64,000 nt of DNA from an uncultured Spirochaetota bacterium (GTDB lineage: Bacteria > Spirochaetota > Spirochaetia > SZUA-6 > Fen-1364), in the NCBI GenBank assembly GCA_963734545.1, contig CAVTHO010000007.1, forward strand, positions 928,001-992,000, read 5' to 3'. Positions 38,565 to 49,470 of this stretch are shown here, in pieces. Both the position numbers and the translations under genes were made by a program. Each line of letters opens with the position of its first letter. The first letter of the stretch is position 1. The notes under the pieces were generated by a model. It saw only the letters and a list, made by a program, of their open reading frames with translations, was not told where the DNA came from and made no database searches.

Positions 38565-39728
38565 ATGAAGAGCATATCGTTGTCCGAGCTGGTGCCCAGC
38601 GAATACTTCGATCATCCGGTTTACCTTGACCAGACCTATATTCTCCTCACCCCCGATTCACCGGTCACGCCGGAGCTGTTGAAGCGACTGCAGAAGTGGA
38701 AGTTCCAGGAGGTCTTTACCGAAGGGGCCACCAAGGACGTTCCCGGCTATCTCTCGGGTTCCAAGCAGAGCGGCGTGGCACCCCAGACGATCGATGAAGA
38801 CATCCACGAAACCAGGCAGCTGGCAGCCGCGCAGAAGTTCTACAATGAGCTCACCAACTTTGCCACGGTCCTTTTTGTCAAGTATGTTGCGGACGGGGTC
38901 CTGAACCTTGCCGATGTCACCGATTGGGTGAAGAAGGCCATGCAGATGGTCCATGACAACCGTGACTATCTGCTGAGGTTTCTGGAGGTGGGCGCTGACA
39001 GCGAGCGTTATCTCATCACGCACTCGGTGAACACGACAATACTCGCACTGGCTGTTGGCGACTACATGAAGACGCCCCCGCACAGGCTTATCGAGCTGGG
39101 CAACGCCTGCCTGCTGCACGAAATCGGCATGTACAAGCTCCCCCCGGAGCTCCGACATTCATCCAAGGTGCTCAGTCCTGAGGAGCGCAAGCTCCTGAGC
39201 GCGCACACGATCCTGGGCTACCGGGTTCTCAAGGGATTCTCGGCGCCCGAAAATGTCGCGCTGGCGGCCCTCGAGCACCATGAGAGAATCGACGGCTCGG
39301 GCTATCCTCGCAAGCTCACCGCACCCAAGATCACCGACTATGCCCTCATCATCGGCGTGGCCTGCTCCTATGACGCCATGATGTCCAAGCGTCCTTTCCG
39401 GCCGGGCACGCTGGACGGTCACGCCACAATCAGGGATCTCGCGCAGAAAAACAAGAAACAGTACGACGAAAAGATACTGAAAGCTCTCGTGTACACTCTC
39501 TCCGTGTATCCGGTGGGAACGGGTGTCCAGCTGTCGAATAACAGCAAGGGCATCGTATTGAGAACGGACCCGGCAAAGCCGCGCTGTCCGATTGTCAAGG
39601 TGATCTTCGATCCGGACGGCAAAAGGCTTGCCGAGCCGCCGCTCATCCAGGTGTCGGAGAATCAGGGCCTCACCATCACGGGCGTGCTCAGCGCTGACGA
39701 AGCCAAGCTCATCAAGGGAATGGCATGA
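38565..39728 (+). CDS. HD-GYP domain protein (HE variant)
   Basis: THSVNT, LLHEIG, HHERIDGSGYP, SYDAM..RPFR, YPVGT. Confidence 0.9.
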   Translation: MKSISLSELVPSEYFDHPVYLDQTYILLTPDSPVTPELLKRLQKWKFQEVFTEGATKDVPGYLSGSKQSGVAPQTIDEDIHETRQLAAAQKFYNELTNFATVLFVKYVADGVLNLADVTDWVKKAMQMVHDNRDYLLRFLEVGADSERYLITHSVNTTILALAVGDYMKTPPHRLIELGNACLLHEIGMYKLPPELRHSSKVLSPEERKLLSAHTILGYRVLKGFSAPENVALAALEHHERIDGSGYPRKLTAPKITDYALIIGVACSYDAMMSKRPFRPGTLDGHATIRDLAQKNKKQYDEKILKALVYTLSVYPVGTGVQLSNNSKGIVLRTDPAKPRCPIVKVIFDPDGKRLAEPPLIQVSENQGLTITGVLSADEAKLIKGMA

Positions 39729-41386
39729 ACATCCGCGTCACGTTCCCCGGCGGGCAGTCACGAGACTACCCCGCCGGCACCGCCGTCAGCGAGGTTGTCA
39801 AAGACCCCGCTTTCCCGCAATCGTCGCTCCCGGTCGTCGCCGCACTGCTGAACAACGAGGTCGTCAGTCTCCACCACGCACTCACCGTGAACTGCCGGGC
39901 GGCGCCCGTGGATCTTGGAACCAAGGCGGGGCTCGCCATCTACAGGCGTTCCCTGTGCCTTCTGCTCGCCATGGCCGTCACCGCGGGCTTTTCCGAAGCG
40001 CCGACTGATCATCGGCCATTCCCTGGGAGACGGCTACTTCTATCATTTCGACGGCATGGAGACCGTCCCGCGTGATGACCTGCTGCGAATCGAGGCCGCA
40101 ATGCGCGAGATCGTGGCAAAGGACATGCCTATCCGTTCACTCTCGCTCTCCTACGGGGAGGCGATCGAGTACTTCGAAAAACACAACCAGCCGGACACGC
40201 TGCTGCTCCTCAAGAACCGCAACGACCCCGCGATCGCCGTCCACTCCTGCGACGGCTTCCTCGACCTGTCCCACGGCCCGCTGGTGCCTTCCACAGGCGT
40301 CTTGTCGGTCTTTGCTCTCCTGGGCTACCCGCCCGGTTTTCTCCTTCGCTATCCCCCGCGGGACAACCCGATGCACCTCGGCCAGTTCGTCGAGAATCCC
40401 GTGCTCTTCTCCATCTACCGGGAATACAAGAACTGGGGAAAGATCCTGCGGGTCGGCTCGGTCGGCCGGCTCGACGAGCTGATCCGCGAGGGCGGCATCC
40501 AGGAGTTCATCCAGGTGGCGGAGGCCCTGCAGGACAAGAAAATCGCGGAGATCGCGGACAGGATCAACGAGAAGAGGGACGAGGTGAAGCTGGTCCTGAT
40601 TGCCGGGCCCTCCTCGTCGGGGAAGACGACCTTTTCCAAGAAGCTCACGATCCAGCTTCGCGTGGTGGGCCGCAATCCCGTGACCATCTCTCTTGATGAC
40701 TATTTCAAGCCTCAATCGCTTACCCCGAAGGACGAGGAAGGAAAGCCGGACTTCGAGTCGATCGACGCCCTGGATGTGGAGCTTCTCAATGACGAACCTC
40801 GTGCGCCTGCTGAGGAACGAGGAGATCGAAACACCCGTCTTCGATTTCCACGCGGGAGCGCGCAAGCCAACGGGCAGGCAAATGAAGCTTCCCGATCGCG
40901 CCATCCTCATCCTCGAGGGCATTCACGGGCTGAACGACGCGCTGACTCCGCTGGTGGAGAGACGAAGCAAGCACAAGATCTATGTCTCCGCGCTCACGCA
41001 GCTCAACCTCGACGACCACAACAGGATCGCCACAACGGACAACCGGCTCATCCGGAGGATGGTGCGTGACAGCCAGTTCCGCGGCCACTCCGGCTTGAAG
41101 ACCCTTTCCATGTGGCCGTCAGTGCGGCGGGGCGAAGACAGAAACATATTTCCCTTCCAGAACACGGCGGATTCGGCATTCAATTCCGCGCTCGACTACG
41201 AGCTGGCCGTCCTGAAAGTCTACGCGGAGCCTCTCCTTGCCTCGGTGAAACCGGACGTCGGCGGAGTACCAGGATGCGCGCATCCTGCTCTCGTTCCTCT
41301 CGAACTTCGCGCCGCTCCATCCCCGCTGGGTGCCCGCCACCTCGATCCTGCGGGAGTTCATCGGAGAGAGCGAGTTCAAGTACTGA
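39725..41386 (+). CDS. nucleoside (uridine) kinase with ThrRS-like N-terminal domains; frameshifts
   Basis: TGS-like start, IAGPSSSGKTTF, SLDDYF, EGIHGLN, TTDNRLIRRMVRD, WPSVRRGE. Confidence 0.88.
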
Positions 41387-41391
41387 AGGCC

Positions 41392-42864
41392 CTACGCGAG
41401 CTCCACCATCTGCCCCGGTGAGGGCACGACCGCGTTCCAGCCCTTTGTCTCTTCCAGCGTCGTGCGGAAGGCCTCCGCAACTTTCGGCTCCCCGTGGATG
41501 ATGAAGGCCTGCCGCGGCTTGCTCTTCAGGCGGGACGCCCAGCGGAGAAGCTCGTCCCTGTCCGCGTGAGCCGAGAATCCCTCGATGCGGGCGATGCGCG
41601 CCTTGACGGGGACGATCTCTCCGAAGATGCGGACCTGCCTGGCGCCGTCCACGATCTGCCTGCCAAGGGTTCCCTCGGCCTGATAGCCGACGAATAGTAT
41701 GGTGCTTTCAGGCCGCGCGATATTGTGCATGAGGTGGTGCTTGATGCGCCCGCCCGTGCACATTCCCGAGCCGGCGATGACGATGACGCTGCCGGAGATC
41801 CGGTTGATGGCCTTGGAGTCCTCGACGCTTCTTGCCATCACAAGACCGCGCAGGTCGAAGGGCGAGCGATTCTGCGAGATGAGGGTGCGCATCTCCTGAT
41901 CGAAAAACTCCGGGTAGTGCCGGTAGACGTCGGTCACCTTTGTCGCCATCGGGCTGTCGAGAAAAACGAGCAGATGGGGGATGCTGTCCCCCTGTAGAAG
42001 CGCGCTCAGGTAGTACAGGACCTCCTGGGAGCGCTCGATCGCAAAGCTGGGGATGACCACATTTCCCCCCGCTGCGACCGTGCTGGTCACGATGCTCTGC
42101 AGGGATTTTCCGATCTCCGCCTCGTCGCCGTGCAGCCTGTCGCCGTAGGTGGATTCCATGAGGACGTAGTCCGCCTCGTCGCACGGATCGGGATCCTTGA
42201 GGATGGGCCTGTCCCATCGACCGATGTCACCGGAGAACAGAACCGTGCGCGCGGAGCCGTTGTGCCGCGCCCGCACGCGGATGGACGCCGAGCCGAGGAT
42301 GTGTCCCGCTTCGAAGAACTCCGCCTCGAACCCGCCGGCCACCGCGACGGTCTCTCCGTAGCCGACCGTCCGGAAAAGGGAGGCGGCAGCCTCGGCGTCC
42401 TTCTCGGTGTACAGGGGAGCGAGAGGATGAGGGCTGACCCTGTTCTCCTTCTGATGTCTCTTCCTCTTCTGCTCCACGTCCTCTGTCTGCAGCCGGGCCG
42501 AATCGAGCATGACGATCTTCGCGATTTCCGCGGTGGGAGCCGTTGCATAGATGTCTCCCTTGAATCCGTCGCGCACCAGCCGCGGAAGCAGGCCGCAGTG
42601 ATCCAGGTGCGCGTGCGTGAGGAGCACCGCGTCAATGCGATCGGGGGCTACGGGAAATGGCTCCCAGTTCCTCGATTGCATGTCCCGCTCCTGGGACAGG
42701 CCGCAGTCCACCAGGACCCGGGTTTCACCCGCTTCCAGCAGGAAACGGGAACCGGTCACGCTCCTGGCCGCACCGAGGAAGCTCAGACGGAGCGCGCCGC
42801 CGTTTTCGGGGGAGTTTGCCTTGCCGCGCTCGGCGGATTCTGATCCTTGTGACTTCGAGCCCAT
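41392..42864 (-). CDS. MBL-fold beta-CASP ribonuclease
   Basis: GAARSVTGS, THAHLDHCG, AGHILGS, FSGDIG, MESTYG, GMCTGGRI, FSAHAD, HGE. Confidence 0.93.
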   Translation of the reverse strand: MGSKSQGSESAERGKANSPENGGALRLSFLGAARSVTGSRFLLEAGETRVLVDCGLSQERDMQSRNWEPFPVAPDRIDAVLLTHAHLDHCGLLPRLVRDGFKGDIYATAPTAEIAKIVMLDSARLQTEDVEQKRKRHQKENRVSPHPLAPLYTEKDAEAAASLFRTVGYGETVAVAGGFEAEFFEAGHILGSASIRVRARHNGSARTVLFSGDIGRWDRPILKDPDPCDEADYVLMESTYGDRLHGDEAEIGKSLQSIVTSTVAAGGNVVIPSFAIERSQEVLYYLSALLQGDSIPHLLVFLDSPMATKVTDVYRHYPEFFDQEMRTLISQNRSPFDLRGLVMARSVEDSKAINRISGSVIVIAGSGMCTGGRIKHHLMHNIARPESTILFVGYQAEGTLGRQIVDGARQVRIFGEIVPVKARIARIEGFSAHADRDELLRWASRLKSKPRQAFIIHGEPKVAEAFRTTLEETKGWNAVVPSPGQMVELA

Positions 42865-42867
42865 GGG

Positions 42868-43276
42868 TCAGCCCTCCATTGGCCGGGATGCTTGAGACCG
42901 GGATGCGCGGCTCTGCAGAGCGGTCGCTCCAGGCGACATTTCTCGTTTGCGGGCAAAACGCCGAGAGCCGCGGAAGCGCGCCTTGCCCATATGCGGTAGC
43001 GTTGAACGTATCCGCAGCCCTCCGGCAGCCAGCGCACGAACAGGGCATGCCGGAGGGTCATCCTGCGGCACGGGGAGCAGGTCTTGAAGCGCTTCTCGTA
43101 GACGGTGCAGGTCCGCGTGGCGGTGTCCAGGTAGACGCAGGGACGGCTGTGGTTCGTGACCGCAGTCAATCCGCGCATCTCCTTTTCATAGCAGCACTGG
43201 CCGCAGCGCCGGCAGAGTGCCTCCCACCGGGCGCGCCGCTTCCGCGAGTATCCGGCGCACGCGCTCAGCGAATCAA
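42868..43276 (-). CDS. YkgJ/YcgN-type cysteine cluster protein; ends uncertain
   Basis: WEALCRRCGQCCYEK, CVYLD..CTVYEKR..C, WLPEGCGY. Confidence 0.75.
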
Positions 43277-43975
43277 TCCGCGCCTCTCCTCCGTCGGTCG
43301 GCAAAAAGGATCCACAGGGGGATCAGGAGGCCTGCAAGCAGCAGCACGACCGGCCACAGGATGCTCCACCGGGCCAGAAGAATGCCCAGCAGGTAGAGGA
43401 AGGACGCTGAAGCGATGAGAGCGCCGACGAGAAGACTCCATCGCATGCGCTGCTTCTGGACCGAGTACAGCCAGATCACGAGGAAGGCAATACCCAGGAA
43501 GAGCAGGGGAGCCACGGGATGCCAGCCGATGACCGGGTATCGACTTCCCATCGCCACCCAGACGGCGAGGCCCGATGAACACCCCCGAAGGGATCAGCAC
43601 CCACCAGTGCCCGCGGCGGAAGTAGAACAGGGTGAGAAAGGTCAGCGCGAAGCCCAGGGAGAAGAGACTGGCGGAGTCGAGACTGAAGAACCTGTTCCAG
43701 CCGAAGACGAGCGTCACGATGCCCACGGTGAGAAATGCTCCCGCCGGGATCACGAACCAGGTGAGCCATCGCCCCGCGCCCGAGAAGAACAGGAAGATGA
43801 GACCGATCATGAAGAAGAGGATACCCAGCACGCGCGGCAGGACGAACTCGCTCGCGGGGACCAGCTTGAAGTTGACGAGAAGGAAGAACACCCCGCTCAC
43901 GATCATGGCAAAACCGACGAAGTCGGTCCGCCAGAAGAGGATTCGAAACCTGGCCTCCCCCTTACGCTCTTTCAT
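43273..43975 (-). CDS. hypothetical multi-pass membrane protein; frameshift ~43570
   Basis: Hydrophobic ORFs 43265..43975 and 43273..43557 with repeated WxxIP motifs. Confidence 0.65.
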
Positions 43976-44498
43976 ATCCCCCGGCGAGCGCCTTTCGGTT
44001 GGTTTCGTTCAGCTCACGGTGCCGCGCGGATACTGCCTCGTTGAGCACTGCCAGCACGGCGGCCATCGACGTAATGCCGGGCTTCCTCTTCAGCAGCGCG
44101 CCGAGCATCACCATGTTCGCGGATTTGTAGGAACCCGACTCCTCCGCGATGTCGTTGGCGCGCACGGGCAGAACCTCGATGTCGGAGCGCGCGGGCGCGA
44201 GGTCGATCAGGGACTCGTTCCAGATCAGGAGACCGCCGGGTCGGACCATGCTCTCGAACTTCAGGAGGGACGGCTTGTTCATGATGATGCATACGCTGGG
44301 CCAGGGCACAAGGGGAGAGGCGATCTCTTCGTCCGAGACGACGACGGAACAATTGGCCGTGCCGCCCCGCATCTCAGCGCCATAGGAGGGAATGTGGGAC
44401 ACGTGCTTGCCCTCTCCCATGGCGGCCAGGCAGATGATCCTTCCCGCCAGAATGATGCCCTGCCCGCCAAAGCCGGCAAAGAATATTCCCTCGTACAC
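43962..44498 (-). CDS. 2-oxoacid:ferredoxin oxidoreductase gamma subunit
   Basis: AGFGGQGI, PSYGAEMRGGTANC, ANMVMLGA. Confidence 0.93.
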   Translation of the reverse strand: MYEGIFFAGFGGQGIILAGRIICLAAMGEGKHVSHIPSYGAEMRGGTANCSVVVSDEEIASPLVPWPSVCIIMNKPSLLKFESMVRPGGLLIWNESLIDLAPARSDIEVLPVRANDIAEESGSYKSANMVMLGALLKRKPGITSMAAVLAVLNEAVSARHRELNETNRKALAGGYERA

Positions 44499-44509
44499 CT
44501 TGCAGCCCC

Positions 44510-45265
44510 CTACTTGTCCCGGATCACGCCCAAAGGGAAGGTCGGGACCATGTCAGAGTCGACCCACGACGCGGCCTCCCGCGGCTCCATTCCCCAGCCG
44601 GTGGGGCACATGGAGAGCACCTCGATGAACGAGTACCCGTGGCCTTCCACCTGGTTGCGCAGGCCCTTCATGAGCGCCTTCTTTGTCTTCAGCACACCCT
44701 TGACCGAGCTGACCGCGCACCGCTCGATGTAGACGGGTGCATCCAGGGTATTGAGCAGCTCGCATGCGCGGATGGGGAACCCGACGTCGGCGGGATTCCT
44801 TCCGTAGGGGGAGGTCTTGGTCTTCTGCGCCTGCAGGCTCGTGGGCGCCATCTGGCCGCCCGTCATTCCGTAGATGGCGTTGTTGACGAAGACGACCGTG
44901 ATCTTCTCTCCCCGATTGGCGGCATGAATCGTTTCGGCGGTGCCGATGGCAAGAAGATCGCCGTCACCCTGGTAGGCGATGACGGTCCTGTCGGGATGGA
45001 CCCGCTTGAGCCCGGTCGCCACCGCGGGCGCCCGGCCATGGGCTGCCTCGCACCCGTCCACGCGAAGGTAGTTGTACGCAAGAACGGAGCATCCCACGGG
45101 AGCGACAAGGATCGTGCTCTCCCGAATGCCCAGCTCGTCGATGCACTGGGCGAGCAGCTTGTGAATGATGCCGTGGCCGCAGCCGGGGCAGTAGTGGTTC
45201 GGCACATCCGCGAGGGATTCCGGCCGCGCATAGACCACCTTCATCCGGGCAGTTTCAACGGGCAT
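44510..45265 (-). CDS. 2-oxoacid:ferredoxin oxidoreductase beta subunit (TPP-binding)
   Basis: YCPGCGHG, PVGCS, AHGRAPAVATG, QGDGD, NNAIYGMTGGQMAPT. Confidence 0.93.
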   Translation of the reverse strand: MPVETARMKVVYARPESLADVPNHYCPGCGHGIIHKLLAQCIDELGIRESTILVAPVGCSVLAYNYLRVDGCEAAHGRAPAVATGLKRVHPDRTVIAYQGDGDLLAIGTAETIHAANRGEKITVVFVNNAIYGMTGGQMAPTSLQAQKTKTSPYGRNPADVGFPIRACELLNTLDAPVYIERCAVSSVKGVLKTKKALMKGLRNQVEGHGYSFIEVLSMCPTGWGMEPREAASWVDSDMVPTFPLGVIRDK

Positions 45266-46309
45266 ATGCCTTGATCCTTTCCACGATCGCGTCCACCTGG
45301 GGGGTGATGCCGCCCATGGTGCCATGGAAGTCGACCGGCGCGGCACTACCGACCGCCAGCCTGACATCCTCCACCATCTGTCCCGCGTTCATCTCGACCA
45401 CGAGGACCTTTCTCCTGCCCTTTGCCGCGGCGGCAAGCGCGACCCGGGGGAAGGGCCAGAGCGTGATGGGACGGAAAAAACCGACCTTGATGCCTGCCTT
45501 GCGCAGCGCGCTCACCGCCGACCGGCAGATGCGCGCGGACAGCCCGAACCCCACCAGGAGGAACTCGGCGTCGTCAATCTCGGATTCCTCAAAGAGCGTC
45601 TCCTTGCTCTCGATCTCCCTGTACTTTGCCTGGAGCCGCAGATTGAGCTTTTCCAGCGCGTCTTCAGGGTTCAGGCGCAGGGATACGATATGGTGGGGGT
45701 CCCTGCCCTTTGCTCCCGTGAGGGCCCAGCCGCTCTTGTCGAATACCAGCCCGGAAGGCTGCGGCAGGGTGATGGGCTCGGACATCTGGCCGATGAAACC
45801 GTCACCGAGAAGGATCACGACGATCCGATACCGGTCGGCGAGATCGAACGCCTTCACCGTGAGGTCCGCGAGCTCCTGCACGGTGCTGGGCGCAAGCACA
45901 ATGCTGTGGTAGTCCCCGTGGCCGCCGCCCTTGACTGCCTGGAAGTAGTCCCCTTGCGCGCCGGCGATGTTGCCCAGGCCGGGGCCGCCGCGCATCATGT
46001 TGACCACGACGGCGGGCAGCTCGGCGCCGGCCATGTAGGAGATCCCTTCCATCTTCAGGCTGATGCCCGGGTGACGAGGAGGAGGTCATGACCCGCGCGC
46101 CCGCGGCCGCGGCGCCGAAGACCATGTTGATGGCGGCCAGCTCGCTCTCTGCCTGGAGGAAGGTGCCTCCCACCTTCGGCATCCGCAGGGACATGTATGC
46201 GGGAAGCTCGTTCTGCGGGAGTGATCGGATAGCCGAAATAGAAACGGCAACCGGCGATGATCGCGGCCTCCCCGATGGCCTCGTTGCCTTTCATGAGAAT
46301 GAGCGCCAT
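45255..46309 (-). CDS. 2-oxoacid:ferredoxin oxidoreductase alpha subunit (VorB-like); frameshifts
   Basis: [48 protein letters not shown]. Confidence 0.92.
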
Positions 46310-46312
46310 ACC

Positions 46313-46547
46313 CTACTCCCCCGCTGCCGGCGCGTACCGGAAGATGCGGATTGCCGATATCCGGACAGATGATCGCGCAGGACATGCATGCCGTGCAGCG
46401 TTCCTCGTCGAAGCAGACCGCGAACGGCACTCCCTGACGATTGAACTGATCACGCGACATGGCGAGTATTTTTTCGGGGCATGCGCCGACGCAGAGCGTG
46501 CAGCCTTTGCATCGTTCACGGTCGATATCCGGTCGTCCTCTTGACAC
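46313..46547 (-). CDS. 2-oxoacid:ferredoxin oxidoreductase delta subunit (2x[4Fe-4S]); frameshift near end
   Basis: CKGCTLCVGACP and CTACMSCAIICPD. Confidence 0.9.
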
Positions 46548-46686
46548 CGAGATACTCCTCTATCATGATATGCGCTCAGATTAGCACTTTCGGCACTTAA
46601 AAGCAATCGAATCGAAGCGACCTCCCGGAATCTGCGGGGACCGCTTCTGTGCACGCCAGAATGCCTGCACTGCAAGGAGGACGGAT

Positions 46687-47325
46687 TTGGCAACCTACCA
46701 GGAACTGTCGGAAGCAATCCAGAAAGGCAACATGCCGAAAGCGAAAGAGCTCACCACCGCCCTTCTCGCGGAGAAGAACGGCGCGGGTGACATCCTCAAC
46801 AAGGGCCTGCTGGACGGCATGGACAAGGTTGGCCAGCGTTTCAAATGCAATGAGATCTATATTCCCGAAGTGCTGATAGCCGCCCGGGCCATGAACGCCA
46901 GCATGGATATCCTCAAACCCGAGCTGGTGAAGGCCGGCGTGAAGCCAATCGGCAAGATACTGCTGGGCACGGTCAAGGGAGACCTTCACGATATCGGCAA
47001 GAACCTCGTGAAGATGATGGCGCAGGGAGCCGGCATCGAAGTTGTCGACCTGGGGATCGATGTCTCCGCGGATAAGTTCGTTCAGGGGTTGAAGGACAAT
47101 CCGGATGCACGGGCAGTAGGTATTTCCGCGCTGCTCACCACGACGATGATCGGCATGAAAGAAATCATCGACAGGTTCGAGAAGGAAGGCTTGCGGAAGA
47201 AGGTGAAGTTCATGGTGGGGGGCGCGCCTCTCACCGACCAATACGCCAAGGAGATAGGCGCCGACGGATACGCCCCGGACGCGGCAAGCGCCTCGGAAAA
47301 GTTCAAGGCGTTCCTGAGAGCGTAG
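46687..47325 (+). CDS. corrinoid (B12-binding) protein of methyltransferase systems
   Basis: TVKGDLHDIGKNLV (DxHxxG), DLGIDV, SALLTTT, VGGAP, IGADGY. Confidence 0.93.
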   Translation: MATYQELSEAIQKGNMPKAKELTTALLAEKNGAGDILNKGLLDGMDKVGQRFKCNEIYIPEVLIAARAMNASMDILKPELVKAGVKPIGKILLGTVKGDLHDIGKNLVKMMAQGAGIEVVDLGIDVSADKFVQGLKDNPDARAVGISALLTTTMIGMKEIIDRFEKEGLRKKVKFMVGGAPLTDQYAKEIGADGYAPDAASASEKFKAFLRA

Positions 47326-47452
47326 CCCTTCCGCGGTACTCCGCGGAGTTGGATGGCGAGGTCGGCCGAGGCCAGGGATGGCCGAAAGGCCGACCGTAGG
47401 CTGCCCACGGTCTACGGTCTCGCTTCCGTAGGCTCTCGCCATCCATGGCTAT
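47321..47452. repeat. nested-hairpin REP-like repeats between convergent genes (one full inverted unit plus one degenerate unit)
   Basis: GTAG-CCCTTCCGCGGTACTCCGCGGAGTTGGATGGC-GA-GGTCGGCCGAGGCCAGGGATGGCCGAAAGGCCGACC-GTAG. Confidence 0.85.
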
Positions 47453-49452
47453 GGCGGGGCGTAGTAGCCCGACTCGTCTCTACCGCTGACCTTCTGGGCG
47501 GTCACTTCGATTTCCAGGGGAATGTACTTTTCGCCGAACTCGGGAGGAGTGCGCGAGGTATAGCGCAGCGTGTAGAGCGATCCCACCCGCGCGCTGATCG
47601 TGCGCGCCACCTGCTGCATTCCGCCGGGCGACGAGGCACTGAAGAGACTGCCACCGGTTTCTGAAGCGAGAAAGCTCAACTCCTCATCCGGCGGCTGGTT
47701 TCCGAACAGAACAGGATAGAAGGCGATGCCATTGTTCCTCATGTAGGCGGCGATCTCGGTGAGCGAGTAGGTGGCAAACGCGCCCGGACCCAGGACTCCG
47801 CTCGTCATGAACACGACAGCCCTCCGGGCCCCGGATACCGACGTGATGAGCTCGTCACCGGCCGCTTTCGCCGCGATGTCAAAGCGCCATTTTGCCGATG
47901 GGGGCGTCTGGAGCGACTGCCGGATGAAACGCAGGCGCGTCTCGCCGAAATCAGCCTCCCGGAGCGGCTTTTCCGCCGCAGACAGCGCCTTTATTCTGCC
48001 TTCCCTCGTGACGAGCCCATAGAGATCCCCGATTGTCTGCTCGGCTTCGGACCTGTACTTCTCCAGAGCGGGCGAGCGCTCGACCAGAAGCGATACATCA
48101 CTGGTCTTCACGCTGGTATTTGCCAGCGCCAGTGTTTCCGTCCCGACCGGCGATCGCATTTCCGTGACGACGAAGTTGTCGCCGGTCAGGCCGACGACCG
48201 GCTTCCCGAGTCTGTTTTCCACCGAAACATCGACGTAGACCTCAGGGAACTTCAGGGAGTTGACCCGGTCCACCCGTACGACCAGTCCGGAGTAGAGAGC
48301 AGAAACCTCGCTCAGCAGCACGATCCTGCTCTGGTCGAAGTCCACCCCCAGGATGTCGCCATTGGGATCTACCGACTGCTGCACGAGCCTTCTGGTATGG
48401 GCACTCGTGTCGCCCCGGACCGTCCAGGTCTCCCGTTCGACATCGCATTCCATGATTCGATTGCCGTCGGCAACCAGCAGGCTCCCGTCCGCGGTGAAGG
48501 CGAGCCCTTCGGGCTCCTGCAGAGTCCCGTCGCCTATCGAGGAGATCAGGTTGCCGTTGAGCTCGTAGATGAGGATGCGCTTGCTTGATCGTTCCGAAAT
48601 GAAGAGTTTGTCCTCATGGATGGCAATGCCTGTGGGTCCGGCAATCCCCGAGATCGATTGGACGAAGTTGCCGTCCATGTCGAACCGCACAACGCGCGAA
48701 TTGCCCCAGTCGGTCACCCACAGGTAGCCCCTGCCGTCCGCCGCAAGGTACTGGGGTCCGAGGAGCAGTCCGTCGGCCCTGCCTTTCCGGCCGAAGGTCT
48801 TGATTTTGTCTCCCTGAGGGTCGCACTTCGCGATCCTGTTGGCGCCGTATTCGGAAATGTAAAGAGAGCCGTCATCGGCCTCGAGGATGTCGTAGGGCCT
48901 GTCGAATCCCTCCAACCCGCCATGGAGACTGTCCATGAGCCGGAAATTCGCATCGTAGCGGAGGACCTCGTTGGAACCGAAAGCGACGACCCAGAAGCTG
49001 CCGTCCGGTCGCGGGCGGACGCTCGTAGGCCGCTTGAATGGATGCCCGGACGCCAGCGTACCATCCAGCTCTGCAGCGACGACCCAAGGCGGGCTTCCGG
49101 CCAGCTCCCGCCCGACACCGCGCCTGAGGCCGATCACTTTTATCCAGTCGCGTATAACCGCAGTCCCCTTGCCGGCATCGACGAGCCGCTGCCAGGTTTT
49201 CAGGGCGTCTTCCTCGTAGCCTGCTTTCCACTGCGCCCTTCCGAGCCAGATGGTGGCAAGCGTGTTCGTGGGTTGCATGCTGATGGATTTCTCGAGGGCT
49301 ACCCAGGAATCATTGAAGAACCCGCGATGAAATGCCTGGACTCCCCACCTGAGCTGCTCGGCGGAGCGTGACGCGTTGATGTCGATACGCTGTGCGGAGA
49401 GAAGCGCGGGAATCAGGCACAGGAAACAGGCGAGGACCGTTCGCGGTTTCAC
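47449..49452 (-). CDS. exported TPR + NHL beta-propeller + vWA-like protein (architecture like Borrelia BB0236 flagellar collar protein)
   Basis: Signal peptide, N-terminal TPR, NHL repeats (GPQYLAADGRGYLWVTDWGNSRV), GLTGDNFVVTE and vWA-like C-terminus. Confidence 0.75.
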   Translation of the reverse strand: MKPRTVLACFLCLIPALLSAQRIDINASRSAEQLRWGVQAFHRGFFNDSWVALEKSISMQPTNTLATIWLGRAQWKAGYEEDALKTWQRLVDAGKGTAVIRDWIKVIGLRRGVGRELAGSPPWVVAAELDGTLASGHPFKRPTSVRPRPDGSFWVVAFGSNEVLRYDANFRLMDSLHGGLEGFDRPYDILEADDGSLYISEYGANRIAKCDPQGDKIKTFGRKGRADGLLLGPQYLAADGRGYLWVTDWGNSRVVRFDMDGNFVQSISGIAGPTGIAIHEDKLFISERSSKRILIYELNGNLISSIGDGTLQEPEGLAFTADGSLLVADGNRIMECDVERETWTVRGDTSAHTRRLVQQSVDPNGDILGVDFDQSRIVLLSEVSALYSGLVVRVDRVNSLKFPEVYVDVSVENRLGKPVVGLTGDNFVVTEMRSPVGTETLALANTSVKTSDVSLLVERSPALEKYRSEAEQTIGDLYGLVTREGRIKALSAAEKPLREADFGETRLRFIRQSLQTPPSAKWRFDIAAKAAGDELITSVSGARRAVVFMTSGVLGPGAFATYSLTEIAAYMRNNGIAFYPVLFGNQPPDEELSFLASETGGSLFSASSPGGMQQVARTISARVGSLYTLRYTSRTPPEFGEKYIPLEIEVTAQKVSGRDESGYYAPP

Positions 49453-49470
49453 GGGCTGAGTATAGGAAAA

